From a virus (Duplodnaviria > Caudoviricetes): a DNA stretch of 64,000 nucleotides. The notes beneath the pieces were generated by a model, which was not told the origin of the DNA, did not search any database, and was given only the letters and a program-made list of their open reading frames with translations. Location: the IMG/VR virus record IMGVR_UViG_3300011423_000006, positions 1 to 64,000 of that record. One strand, written 5' to 3'. The translations under genes were made by a program, and so were the position numbers. This document shows, piece after piece, positions 47,855 to 58,212 of this stretch. Numbering within the stretch: the stretch's first letter is position 1; each line of letters begins with the position of its first letter.

Positions 47855-48926
47855 CTTAGAACTACCCATAAATAGTACTTCGTTCGGACAAGTTTCTACT
47901 TGTATCCTACGGGAAATTTATGCAAGAGGGCTTCAGCCAAATTTGTTCCCCATCGGTCAAGTTGATCTTCAATCTCAACAAGTTCCAGAAGATTTTGGAC
48001 GATGGCTACAAAGCTGTATTAATAAGGGGGCGCGTTTATACAAACGTTCCCAACCTACTTTTCGGCTTTGGCATTTAAATGGCTCGCATTCAAGGCTAAG
48101 TGACAAAACGGTTTTATTAACTTTTTACGAAACTGATAATCCCACCGAAACAGAATTAAACATTATTAAAAATACTGATAAAGTATTATTCACTTCTAAT
48201 TATACAGCGGAAGTTTTTCGCGATTACGGGGCTGATAATGTTGGTTTTTTGCCGTTAGCTTTTGATAAATGGAATTTTGGAAGAAAGGCAACGCCTTATC
48301 TAAAAGATAAAATTGTTTTTAATATTGTTGGGAAATTTGAGCATCGCAAACGGCATGAGAAGGTGGTTAAAACTATTGTTAAAAAATGGGGAAATGATGG
48401 TAATTATCATTTTCAATTAGCAATTTATAATCCTTTTTTCAAGCCCGAAGATAATCAAAAATTATTTGCTCAACTAGTGGAAGGAAAAAATTATTGGAAC
48501 GTTCAGTTTCTTGGTTTTATGCCTCAAAATCAACTTTATAATGATTATTTAAACTCAGCTAATGTAATTCTTGGCATGTCTGGAGGCGAAAATTGGGGAT
48601 TGCCTGAGTTCCATTCGGTCGCAATGGGAAAACACGCGGTTATTCATAATTGTGGCGGATACAAAGAATGGGCTAATAATGAAAACAGTGTTTTAGTTAA
48701 TTCGAATTCTAAAATTCCTGCTTATGATGGAGCTTTTTTTCAGCAAGGGGCTCCTTTTAATCAAGGAAACTTTTTCGAATTTGACGAAGATGCTTTTATT
48801 GCAGGGGTGGAAAAAGCTATCGAGCGAGTTAAAATCAATCCTGTTAATACTGAAGGACTCAAGCTCCAAGATAAATTTACATGGGAAAAAATTGTTGATC
48901 AAATTATAATTTATTTACATGAATAA
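47844..48926 (+). CDS. glycosyltransferase family 4-like
   Basis: VGKFEHRK, SGGENWGLP. Confidence 0.8.
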   Translation: MQFNLELPINSTSFGQVSTCILREIYARGLQPNLFPIGQVDLQSQQVPEDFGRWLQSCINKGARLYKRSQPTFRLWHLNGSHSRLSDKTVLLTFYETDNPTETELNIIKNTDKVLFTSNYTAEVFRDYGADNVGFLPLAFDKWNFGRKATPYLKDKIVFNIVGKFEHRKRHEKVVKTIVKKWGNDGNYHFQLAIYNPFFKPEDNQKLFAQLVEGKNYWNVQFLGFMPQNQLYNDYLNSANVILGMSGGENWGLPEFHSVAMGKHAVIHNCGGYKEWANNENSVLVNSNSKIPAYDGAFFQQGAPFNQGNFFEFDEDAFIAGVEKAIERVKINPVNTEGLKLQDKFTWEKIVDQIIIYLHE

Positions 48927-49137
48927 TATTGAATTTATTGATCAATCTCAGGGAACTTCACCGGCTGTAGTTATCCAGTATAAAAATGGACAGATAAATA
49001 TCTCTCCTATTACTCCTGAAGCTGTAAATTGGAATGATAAACAATTTCAGGATTTTATAATTGATTTGTTTAAACAACAAAACTACTTTCCTGAAAAGGT
49101 AGCATTTAGTTTTGCAATTCTAGCGAAAGAATTATAA
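48919..49137 (+). CDS. hypothetical protein
   Basis: Co-oriented ORF. Confidence 0.45.
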   Translation: MNNIEFIDQSQGTSPAVVIQYKNGQINISPITPEAVNWNDKQFQDFIIDLFKQQNYFPEKVAFSFAILAKEL

Positions 49138-49530
49138 ATGCCTCTTTACGAATTTATTAACGATAAAACAGGCGAGCGAAAACAAATCATCATGGGAATG
49201 AATGATGAACACGTTTATAAAGATGACTCAGGTTATCAATGGACGCGTGTTTTCTTTGCCCCGAACGCGGCGGTTGATACTAAAATTGATCCTTTTAGCG
49301 CCCGAGATTTTTCCGAAAAGACGGGCCGGAAGAAAGGAAGCATCGGAAATATTTGGGACGAAGCTCAAGAAGCCAGCCACAAAAGAGAGAAAATCATTGG
49401 GATTGATCCAGTTAAAGAAAATTATTATAAAAACTATAGTAAAAAGCGCAAAAATAAAGAGCACCAAGACGTAAGAAAGAAAAAAGTCAAAGACGATTTA
49501 TCCAAATCCGGTGTTCAAATCGAATGGTAA
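49138..49530 (+). CDS. FmdB-like (Cys-less) phage protein
   Basis: MPLYEF start, W.RVF..PNA..D..IDPFS. Confidence 0.55.
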   Translation: MPLYEFINDKTGERKQIIMGMNDEHVYKDDSGYQWTRVFFAPNAAVDTKIDPFSARDFSEKTGRKKGSIGNIWDEAQEASHKREKIIGIDPVKENYYKNYSKKRKNKEHQDVRKKKVKDDLSKSGVQIEW

Positions 49531-49627
49531 GCTACACATTCGGTTCTTCTAAAATCCAAAAAATATAAAAATTGGTTTTATCATTTACTTAAAGCCAAAA
49601 AGAATGTAATATTAGTATATTGAAATT

Positions 49628-51768
49628 ATGATTAGTCAAGAAGCGGAGAGGGAAGTAACAACAGACTATTTAACAGAAATCTCAAACTACATTTTCACCA
49701 ACAAATACGCACGATACAACGAAGACGCAGAACGACGAGAAACATGGACTGAGACGGTTGCTAGATTAGAAGCGATGCATTTAAAAAGGTTCAGGCAACT
49801 TCCTAAGGAAGATTTGAGAAAAATTGCTTGGGCCTTTGATATGGTGCGGGAAAAGAATGTTGTTCCGTCCATGCGCTCTTTGCAATTCGGTGGGAAAGCC
49901 ATTGAGTCTCATAATGCTAGGATTTTTAATTGCGCGGTGCGTCATATTGATTCTCTTAGATCGTTTGCAGAAGTTTTCTATTTACTGTTGTGCGGTTGCG
50001 GAGTGGGTTTTGGGCTTTCGCGTTTTTTCTTAAATCGTTTGCCGAATTTAGTTACCGCCGAAGATAAAACCGGCACAATTATTACTTATGTTGTTGAAGA
50101 TACAATCGAAGGATGGGCGGATTCAGTAGAGGCCCTTCTTAATTGTTACTTTAAAAATACCCCTTATACTGGACGGAAAATTGTTTTTGATTATTCTCGT
50201 ATTCGCAAAAAAGGGGCTCCGTTAAAAACAGGCGGCGGCAAAGCTCCCGGCTACAAAGGGTTAAAAGCTTGTCATTCCAAGATTAAGAATCACTTGGATC
50301 ATATCATTGAATATCATAATTTAAATAGGTTACGTTCGGTAGATGCTTATGATATTTTAATGCATACGGCGGACGCTGTTCTTTCAGGCGGCATTCGACG
50401 TTCAGCGACTTCCGTAATTTTTGATAAAGACGACGAAGACATGTTGAATGCAAAAACTGTTTTCAAAGTAGATCGTACGTTTGCCTTCCATCCAGCCGGT
50501 GAAAAAACTATCGGAGGGAAATTGAAAAAATATTTTGAAGGCAAGGTTCTTTTTGAAGGAATTAAATATGAAATTACCATTGAAGATTGGGAATTAGAGA
50601 ACTTAAAAAAGGATGGAACCGTAGGTTGGAATCCCCTGTTTCCTCATCGCGCCCGATCAAATAATAGCGTGCTATTGCTTAGAAATGAAACTTCTGCGGA
50701 GGAATTTGCTAGGGTTGTAGAACGTACGAAAATGTGGGGGGAACCGGGTTTTGTTTTTGGCAATCATCCTTGGCAATTATTTAACCCTTGCTTTGAAATT
50801 GGCTTTATTCCGGTAACGAAAGACGGCGTATGCGGAGTACAATTTTGTAATTTAACATCGCAAAATGGGCGTAAGATAACCAGCCGGGAAAAGTTCAAAG
50901 AATCTGTGGAAGCCGCAACAATTATCGGAACTTGCCAAGCCGCTTATACTCACTTCCCTTATTTATCACTGACCGCCGAAACCCTCACGAAAGAAGAATC
51001 GCTATTAGGGGTATCAATTACGGGTATTATGGACAATCCCGATATTCTTTTAGACCCTGTTCTTCAAGCAGAAATGGCGGAATTTGCGAAACAAATTAAT
51101 CTAGATTGGGCAATTAAATTAGGCATTAATCCGGCGTCTCGTATTACTTGTGTGAAGCCCGAAGGGACAAGCTCATTATTTTTGGGAACGGCTTCGGGAA
51201 TTCACCCCCATCATTCACGCCGGTATTTTCGCAGAGTCCAAAATAATACAATGGATAATGTATATAAGTTCTTTAAGAAGCATAATCCTCATATGTGCGA
51301 ACCTTCTGTTTGGAGCGCTAATCAAACAGACGATATTATTGCCTTTCCTATTGTCGCCCGGAAAACGCATTAATAAAATCTGATTTAACAGCCTTAGAGC
51401 ATTTGGAATATATTAAATCAACTCAACAAAATTGGGTATTAAAAGGGGCGCGGGAAAATACTAAACCAGTTGATCATAATGTAAGTTGCACAGTTATAGT
51501 GCAATTAGATGAATGGGAAAAAGTTATTGAATTTCTTTACTTGAATCGAGATTTTTTCGCGGCGGTATCGTTGTTACCGGCAAGTGGCGATAAAGATTAT
51601 CCGCAAGCCCCGATGGAAAATGTTGTAACTGAAGAAGACGAACAACATTGGACGGATACCATTCAAAACTTCCAGCATGTTGATTATAAAAAACTTAAAG
51701 AAGATGATGACAATACATCGGCAACTCAAGAAGTGGCGTGCGGCGGGGGTGCGTGTAATATCTTTTAA
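49628..51768 (+). CDS. nrdJ: class II (B12-dependent) ribonucleotide reductase, split by a single -1 frameshift near 51358
   Basis: PSMR..QFGG, FNC, GCGVGF, GGIRRSA, GEPG, NPCFEI, FCNL, TCVKPEGT; C-terminal ACGGGAC in the second ORF. Confidence 0.85.
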
Positions 51769-51771
51769 TTT

Positions 51772-52155
51772 TTGGTAAATAAATATAAACAATCCAGACA
51801 TAAACACCCACATTGGAAAGGTTACGGAAAAATAAGCGGTAGTTTTTTCTCTAATATCAAGAGAAAGGCTAAAAGCCGGGGCATTAAGTTTAATATTTCA
51901 ATTAAATATATTTGGGGGTTGTATGAAAGACAGGAGGGGAAATGCGCCCTTTCTGGTCTTTCCTTGTCTTTGCCCAAAAATTCAAGAAGCGATAGAAATC
52001 ATACGGCAAGTTTAGACCGTATTAATAGCAAAAAAGGTTATATCAAAGGAAATGTTCAATGGCTTTTTAAAGATATCAACCTAATTAAGTGGCATTTCCC
52101 TCAAAAACATTTTCTTTTTCTGTGTAATAAGATAACGAAGAACATGCGAAAATAA
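51772..52155 (+). CDS. HNH-type homing endonuclease-like protein
   Basis: WKGYG.ISG, Q.GKCALSG, ASLDRINS.KGY..GNVQW. Confidence 0.75.
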   Translation: MVNKYKQSRHKHPHWKGYGKISGSFFSNIKRKAKSRGIKFNISIKYIWGLYERQEGKCALSGLSLSLPKNSRSDRNHTASLDRINSKKGYIKGNVQWLFKDINLIKWHFPQKHFLFLCNKITKNMRK

Positions 52156-52244
52156 TACATGGTATTTCGAGGAAAAACGCATTTTTTCAAAGTTTATAAA
52201 TAATTCGGGTAAAACGGGTTAACTAAATGTGTAAAATATTATAT

Positions 52245-52661
52245 ATGTCATTAACAACGGATTCTAACAAGTCTTTTTGGGATAAGCTCAACCCCAACGT
52301 AATTGTAACTCTTTGCGTCACTTTGATTACATGGATGGCTTTAGGATTTTTCTATGTAGGGACTTACAAAGCAGAAATGATGGAGTTTAAATCTGCCATT
52401 ATTAAAATGGAGTCTCAAAACATTAAAATTAACGAACAGCTTAATAGTATTAATTTAGTAGAACAACGAGGCTCTAATACGGATAAAGCCGTGAACGGGC
52501 TAGATGTTCGGGTGACGCGACTAGAAGAATTTGTTCCTACTATTAAAGTTTTAAGTGAACAAGTTGAATCCATGAAGGAAACACAAAAAGAAATGAGGAC
52601 TGACACTCGCGACCAACTGAAGGAACTAAAAGACTTAATACAAAAAGCTTTACAGAAATAA
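52245..52661 (+). CDS. single-TM coiled-coil protein (holin/spanin-like candidate)
   Basis: One TM helix then a heptad coiled coil; GTGTAA motif upstream. Confidence 0.5.
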   Translation: MSLTTDSNKSFWDKLNPNVIVTLCVTLITWMALGFFYVGTYKAEMMEFKSAIIKMESQNIKINEQLNSINLVEQRGSNTDKAVNGLDVRVTRLEEFVPTIKVLSEQVESMKETQKEMRTDTRDQLKELKDLIQKALQK

Positions 52662-52694
52662 ATTTAAATGTTATGATATTTTTTGTGGTGTGTT

Positions 52695-53192
52695 ATGTTA
52701 ACAAAAGCAGATTTAACATTTTTAGGTAAATATACAAAGTTATCTCAGAAAAAAATTAAACTATTGACCGAAGAACCGCAGGATTTGGCTTTAATTCTAG
52801 ATGTTCTAACTACGGCCAAAATTACCAAAGAAGAACTTCTCTCTCTCTCTTTCGAAGTTATTATCAAATATATAGTTTTTCGATTAAGCCATAATTTAAA
52901 TTATCCTATTACAGAGAAAATTTATGTCTGCGATATGATTAGCAGACATTTTCCCTATATCTCCCGAAGTAAAAAACTCAAACCCCTTCCCAAAGATTAT
53001 AATAAAGATTTCGCTGAATATACGTTTGTTTTACTTGGGTTATTCGATCATCGTTTAGACCAGAAGGAAAAATTTAAATATAGTCATCATTTGAAATATT
53101 TTAGAGATTGCACCGAGTCGGGGGTTTATACTCATTTGAAAGAATGGTTTCAAATTTGCACTCAAATTAAAACTCAAGAAATTTTTGTTTAA
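52695..53192 (+). CDS. hypothetical protein
   Basis: Co-oriented ORF. Confidence 0.55.
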   Translation: MLTKADLTFLGKYTKLSQKKIKLLTEEPQDLALILDVLTTAKITKEELLSLSFEVIIKYIVFRLSHNLNYPITEKIYVCDMISRHFPYISRSKKLKPLPKDYNKDFAEYTFVLLGLFDHRLDQKEKFKYSHHLKYFRDCTESGVYTHLKEWFQICTQIKTQEIFV

Positions 53193-53236
53193 TTCATAAA
53201 AAAAAGTGTAATATATAGTAACTAGAATTAGTTTGC

Positions 53237-53355
53237 GGTCGGAAGTATCAAAATTGATACCTAACAACAAAGTAGGTTTTAAATAACCGAAAATAACTCC
53301 TGCCAATCGATAGCGAACTTCCAATGACCTAAATATCCTGAATGGCAGGATTTTC
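53237..53355 (+). promoter_or_regulatory. structured 5' leader (pseudoknot / alternative terminator)
   Basis: ggtc-ggaagt/acttcc-gacc helix; tcctgcca/tggcagga; atcctg/caggat hairpin plus U-tract. Confidence 0.45.
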
Positions 53356-53394
53356 TTCTTGATTCTTTCTTTAAAATCAATTATTATATTAATA

Positions 53395-54294
53395 ATGGAT
53401 ATTCTTTTTCTTGTTTCCGGGGGTATTGGCGACCAAATTCTTGGCCTCCAATGCGCTATCGCAGTCAAAGAAAAGCATCCTGATTTAAATGTAGATGTTA
53501 TTTCTATTTCCCGAGACGATGTTTTCAAACCGTTGCATCATTTGTTCAGAGACGGTGGGATTTTATTATATCAACATCCCGAGCGAGAAAAATGGGGCGA
53601 AAATCATTGGATTTTACAGAACCAAAAAGAATTAAATGTTTTTCCTCATAAATTGAAATATTACATTGTGCCGGATTTGTTGCATCGTAATCCGCTGGCC
53701 TTCGATTTTCAGAAATTCGGGCAGCATATGAGTGTCATTCGGGAGAAACGCTGTTTGACTAAAAAATGGAAGCCGGGTAAAAAACGGATTTATATGGCGT
53801 TAAATACTTCTACGCCTGAATATAAGTATCCTGATATCAAGGGTTTAATTAGTAAAACCGCCGAATTACTTCCTGATTACGAAGTTTATTTTAATGATTT
53901 AACCGCATGGGCGGGGCATTCATTAGATAATAACGCCCAAGGTGATTACCCGCCGAATGTGGCTTACGTTCGGAATGAACCATTTATTAGTAGCCTAAAC
54001 AAGCTAATGGAGAGTGATTATGTAGTGTGTTTAGACAATGGGATTTCTCATATCGCCTATCAATTAGGAATTCCGAGAAGCTTAATCAGTCATCGGTTGG
54101 ATCATAAAGGGGTAATGTGGGTTGCTCGTTGGTATCCTCAGTTAGCCGATTGTATTACTTATGATTATGCGCCGAGATTACCAACAGTAATAAAACAAAA
54201 TTTAGAATGTCCGCAAACATTATTAATTCCTCGGTTGTATCACGCGATGTATCCGGGGTTTGATTGTGCGCGAACATTAGGTTTTAAATATTAA
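53395..54294 (+). CDS. glycosyltransferase family 9 (heptosyltransferase-like)
   Basis: GGIGD, VCLDNGISHIAY.LG.P. Confidence 0.7.
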   Translation: MDILFLVSGGIGDQILGLQCAIAVKEKHPDLNVDVISISRDDVFKPLHHLFRDGGILLYQHPEREKWGENHWILQNQKELNVFPHKLKYYIVPDLLHRNPLAFDFQKFGQHMSVIREKRCLTKKWKPGKKRIYMALNTSTPEYKYPDIKGLISKTAELLPDYEVYFNDLTAWAGHSLDNNAQGDYPPNVAYVRNEPFISSLNKLMESDYVVCLDNGISHIAYQLGIPRSLISHRLDHKGVMWVARWYPQLADCITYDYAPRLPTVIKQNLECPQTLLIPRLYHAMYPGFDCARTLGFKY

Positions 54295-54297
54295 TTT

Positions 54298-54645
54298 ATG
54301 TTAATTAAAATTTCAGTAGAGCCGGGGGCGGCATTTGATATTTTGTCTATTTTAGAAATTAAAATAACAAATTGTGAGAATTTTCGGCAGCGAGACGCTT
54401 TACACGAACAGAAAGAAAGACTGCAAGCAGAAATAAATCAAACCATTGGATATGATTTCGCTCGTAAAATTTATTTTTCTGATTTTTATACTAATTTGTA
54501 TAATGCTAATTTGGCTGTTTTTGATCAGATTGATAAAGAAAAATCAAACGCCGATTTATTAAATTATGAAAGATTCGTCGCGAAAAAGAACTTACAGGAA
54601 GAATTCTTTCACGAAGAAATTGCGGAAGTAAAATTAGGATTTTAA
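54298..54645 (+). CDS. DUF6165-like protein
   Basis: G..FD.LSILEIK, L..AN..VFD, N..RF..K. Confidence 0.6.
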   Translation: MLIKISVEPGAAFDILSILEIKITNCENFRQRDALHEQKERLQAEINQTIGYDFARKIYFSDFYTNLYNANLAVFDQIDKEKSNADLLNYERFVAKKNLQEEFFHEEIAEVKLGF

Positions 54646-54646
54646 A

Positions 54647-55909
54647 ATGCATTTAAAATATATTCAAAAATGCCGGGGGTGTGATAATACCCATTTAGCC
54701 CAAGTAATTAATCTGGGGCTCATGCACAATCAAGGTTCTTTTATTAAAAAAGGCGTTCCAGCCCCGCCCAAGCGGAAAACTCCTAATTTGATTATTCGAT
54801 GCGATGTTTCTAAAGACGAAAATGCTTGTGGGTTGGTTCAAACGGCTCATTCGGTGCCGCCTGCAATTCTTTATCGTAATTACTGGTATCAAAGTGGTAT
54901 TTCCGCTACGATGAAAAATCATTTAGCAAGTATTACAGAGTTGGGATTAAAAATTAAAACTCCCGGTGCCACCGAACCTTTGACAGTTTTAGATATTGCT
55001 TCAAATGATAATACCTTGTTAAACACCTATCCAAAATGTTTTGAGAAATTTGGAATTGATCCCTCTGATATTGCCGCTAAAGCCCCAAAGGATGAAAACA
55101 CTACAATTATTAATGATTTATTTCCTCAGGGGGCGATATCATTACCACATTTTAGCTTTGATATTATTACATCGATTGCATGTTATTATGATGTTGATGA
55201 TCCAGTAGAGTTTGCTCATAAGGTTAGCGATTTATTAACAGAAAATGGGATTTGGATTTTTGAAGTGGCTTATTGGAAAACGATGGTTGAAAAATTATCT
55301 TATGATTCTATTGTTAATGAACATGTTATTCATTATCATTTGGCTCCGCTGGAAACAATTTTAAAACGAGCAGATTTAAAAATAGGTTATGCTAAAAAAA
55401 CAAATACTAATGGTGGAAGTATTTTAGTTGTTGCTCATTGTGGTGATGCTAAAATTGATTTATCCATGATCGAAGGCAATGAATTAAATGATTTACGATT
55501 AGAAGAATTTGACGCTGAACTTGATGTTTTTAAGACATATATAAATTTTTCAGAGAGAGTCTTTAATCATAAAAATAATTTAAGAAAACTCATTACCGAA
55601 CTTCGTAATGATGGCAAGACGGTTCATTTATACGGGGCCTCGACCAAACTAAATACATTACTGGAATTTGCAGAAATTGGCCCTGATTTGATTCCTTTTG
55701 CGGCGGAACGAAGCCCGGAAAAATGGGGGGCGTCAACCTTATCAGGAATTTCAATTATTTCCGAGCAAGAATCACGCAAAATGAACCCTGATTATTACTT
55801 AGTGGGGCCATATCATTTTAAAGAAGAAATCTTGACTCGGGAAACCGAAACGATCAAGATGGGCACGAAGTTTATCTTTCCTTTGCCTGAGATTGAAATT
55901 ATTGGGTAA
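54647..55909 (+). CDS. NDP-hexose C-methyltransferase
   Basis: CRGC zinc site, GLVQ, YWYQSG, VLDIASND, EH, NGGSI, YGASTK, P.HF..EI. Confidence 0.85.
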   Translation: MHLKYIQKCRGCDNTHLAQVINLGLMHNQGSFIKKGVPAPPKRKTPNLIIRCDVSKDENACGLVQTAHSVPPAILYRNYWYQSGISATMKNHLASITELGLKIKTPGATEPLTVLDIASNDNTLLNTYPKCFEKFGIDPSDIAAKAPKDENTTIINDLFPQGAISLPHFSFDIITSIACYYDVDDPVEFAHKVSDLLTENGIWIFEVAYWKTMVEKLSYDSIVNEHVIHYHLAPLETILKRADLKIGYAKKTNTNGGSILVVAHCGDAKIDLSMIEGNELNDLRLEEFDAELDVFKTYINFSERVFNHKNNLRKLITELRNDGKTVHLYGASTKLNTLLEFAEIGPDLIPFAAERSPEKWGASTLSGISIISEQESRKMNPDYYLVGPYHFKEEILTRETETIKMGTKFIFPLPEIEIIG

Positions 55910-56874
55910 TGAGAATTTTGTATATAGATTTTAGCGAGGGGTCAGAAGACCTATCTATTTATCCGAACCGTTATGGCGGGGCGCAAATTGTTCCGTCTTG
56001 GTGCCGAGAGCTAATGGGCGATTTTTGTTGCGTCGGCACTCAAGAATCTTTCGGAAGTCTCAGAAGCGAAGAAAAACAAAATCAATGCATAGTTATTGAT
56101 AAACAATTTTTAAGATGTATTAGAGAAGGACAGCCATTAGAATATCATCTTAGAGATAGAAATTTATATTATGATTTAGTTTTTCATAATGCGCCCGATG
56201 TTTTTGTTAATACCCATGCCAAACAAACTGTGTGGGCTCCGGGTTATGCTGAAAGAGTCCATCCTAATCATAAATGGGTTTTGTTACATAGTCCCGGCTA
56301 CCAAAGAACTCAATATCAGAACGCGACAATGATCCCGGTGCAAATCGGGAAACCGGTGCCCGATTTTCAAATTTATAAAAAAGAAGATTTTGTTTTTCAA
56401 TGCACTAATCATGCACCATGTTTTCAGTCTATAGAATTAGTTACAATTTGTAACAAAAATAGAATTAGGTGTTATTTGGGCGGACCTATCTCAGAAGGCT
56501 ACCCGCTTCTTGACTTTATCGATAATGAAAATTCATTTTACCTTGGCGTAATGTCCTACAAGGATAAAATCGAAATGTCAAAACGAGCTAGAATACATAC
56601 TTTGCTACATAATATTCCAATTAATTTTACTTTATCCGGGTTGGAGGCTTTAGCTTATGGGTGTGGATTAATTACAACCCCTCTAGGTTTTTGGCCCTCT
56701 TTTATTAATGATAAAATTGGCCGAATGGTTAGGTCTGAGGGTGAATTTTTAAAAGCTTTTCACGATACAAAATATATTGACCAAAAAGATTGTTGGAATA
56801 AAGCCAAAGAATACGATAATATTAAAATGGTTGAATCATTTAAAAAGGCGTTCGAAATAATATTACAAAGCTAA
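55909..56874 (+). CDS. glycosyltransferase family 4-like
   Basis: RYGG, F.LSGLEALAYG. Confidence 0.7.
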   Translation: MRILYIDFSEGSEDLSIYPNRYGGAQIVPSWCRELMGDFCCVGTQESFGSLRSEEKQNQCIVIDKQFLRCIREGQPLEYHLRDRNLYYDLVFHNAPDVFVNTHAKQTVWAPGYAERVHPNHKWVLLHSPGYQRTQYQNATMIPVQIGKPVPDFQIYKKEDFVFQCTNHAPCFQSIELVTICNKNRIRCYLGGPISEGYPLLDFIDNENSFYLGVMSYKDKIEMSKRARIHTLLHNIPINFTLSGLEALAYGCGLITTPLGFWPSFINDKIGRMVRSEGEFLKAFHDTKYIDQKDCWNKAKEYDNIKMVESFKKAFEIILQS

Positions 56875-57587
56875 TGAAAAAATATCTTGCTATTTATCGA
56901 GCGTGCGGGTCAGAAACGGAAAGTATCAAACCGTTTCGTCCGGGGTGGTTTAATAAATTAAGTTGTTGGAATAATTTTTTCGCTATTTTTAAAGAATGGT
57001 TTGATATTGCTGTCATTTGGGATGGGGACAAAGATAATCAACTTTACAGCGAAATAGCTAAAGCTAGTTTACGGGGTGAAATTTCTTTAAGAAGAATCAA
57101 CTATAAAAACAACCAACAATCTTTGCTAGAGTGTTATAAATTAGCTGACGAACTAAGTAATGAATATAAGGGATTCTACTTTATCGAGGACGACTATTTA
57201 CATAAATTTAATGCGGCTAAAGTTTTAATCGAGGGTTTGGCAAGGTTTAATTTTGTGACTCTTTATGATCATATGGATCGTTATCTTTATCCTCAAAATG
57301 ATACTACGTTCGGGCAAGAATATCTTTCTTTAACGAATAGCAGCCATTGGCGCACCGTAGAATCTACAACGTGTTCGGTAGCAATGATTTCTCCAATATT
57401 TAAAATTGTTAAATCTTTATTAATTGAATATTGCAATAAAGGTATAGGCGCACCTGAAGATAGATCGTTTTATCGATTTTTAGTTACAAATGGTCTTCGT
57501 TTATTTTCTCCAATACCGGGGTATTCTACTCATTGTGTTCAAGGATTATTATCTCCCTTGGTAGATTGGGAAAGCCTTGCTAATTAA
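56874..57587 (+). CDS. glycosyltransferase (GT-A fold)
   Basis: YFIEDDYLH, TLYDH.DRY, HWRT..STT, SPIPG.STH. Confidence 0.7.
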   Translation: MKKYLAIYRACGSETESIKPFRPGWFNKLSCWNNFFAIFKEWFDIAVIWDGDKDNQLYSEIAKASLRGEISLRRINYKNNQQSLLECYKLADELSNEYKGFYFIEDDYLHKFNAAKVLIEGLARFNFVTLYDHMDRYLYPQNDTTFGQEYLSLTNSSHWRTVESTTCSVAMISPIFKIVKSLLIEYCNKGIGAPEDRSFYRFLVTNGLRLFSPIPGYSTHCVQGLLSPLVDWESLAN

Positions 57588-57610
57588 AGTGTAAAGTATC
57601 ATATAATTTT

Positions 57611-58210
57611 ATGAATTTTGATAAAGTTTTAAAAGCCCTTCTTGAAGGAACTCCTGTTATTATTACCGATAATCATGATCGAGAAAATGAGGGTGATGTA
57701 GTTATTGCCGCCGAAAAAGCATCTAATAAAAATATTAATTTTTTTATTCAAGAGGCTCATGGGTTAATGTGTGTTCCCGCGCATGGTCAAATCTTAGATA
57801 ATTTGAAAATTCCTATGATGGTTCAGGATTCTACTGATAAATTTAGAACTCCTTTTACTGTTTCGGTGGATGCGGCTCATGGAATTGCTTCCGGTATGTC
57901 TGTATCCGACCGATTGAAAACTTTGGCGGTTATGACAAATTTCGGTAGTGACCCCGAAGATTTATCTCGTCCCGGCCATTTATTTCCGTTACGTGCCAAC
58001 GATAAACTTTTGTTAGGAAGACAGGGACATACCGAAAGCTCTATTGAATTAATGAGGCTCGCAGATTTAAAGGAAATTGCTGTGATTGCGGAAATTTTAA
58101 CCGTTGATGGAACAATGGCACGCGGGCAGGAATTAACTGATTTTGCTATGTCGCATAATTTACCAACAATTACTGTTGATGAAATTTATAAATTGGTTTA
58201 TCTTAAATAA
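57611..58210 (+). CDS. ribB: 3,4-dihydroxy-2-butanone 4-phosphate synthase
   Basis: DRENEGD, GLMC, FTVSVDA, G.S..DR, RPGHLFPL, R.GHTE. Confidence 0.92.
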   Translation: MNFDKVLKALLEGTPVIITDNHDRENEGDVVIAAEKASNKNINFFIQEAHGLMCVPAHGQILDNLKIPMMVQDSTDKFRTPFTVSVDAAHGIASGMSVSDRLKTLAVMTNFGSDPEDLSRPGHLFPLRANDKLLLGRQGHTESSIELMRLADLKEIAVIAEILTVDGTMARGQELTDFAMSHNLPTITVDEIYKLVYLK

Positions 58211-58212
58211 GA

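Noticed and set aside
51350-51373. Programmed -1 ribosomal frameshift
   Set aside because: No canonical slippery heptamer or obvious stimulatory hairpin.
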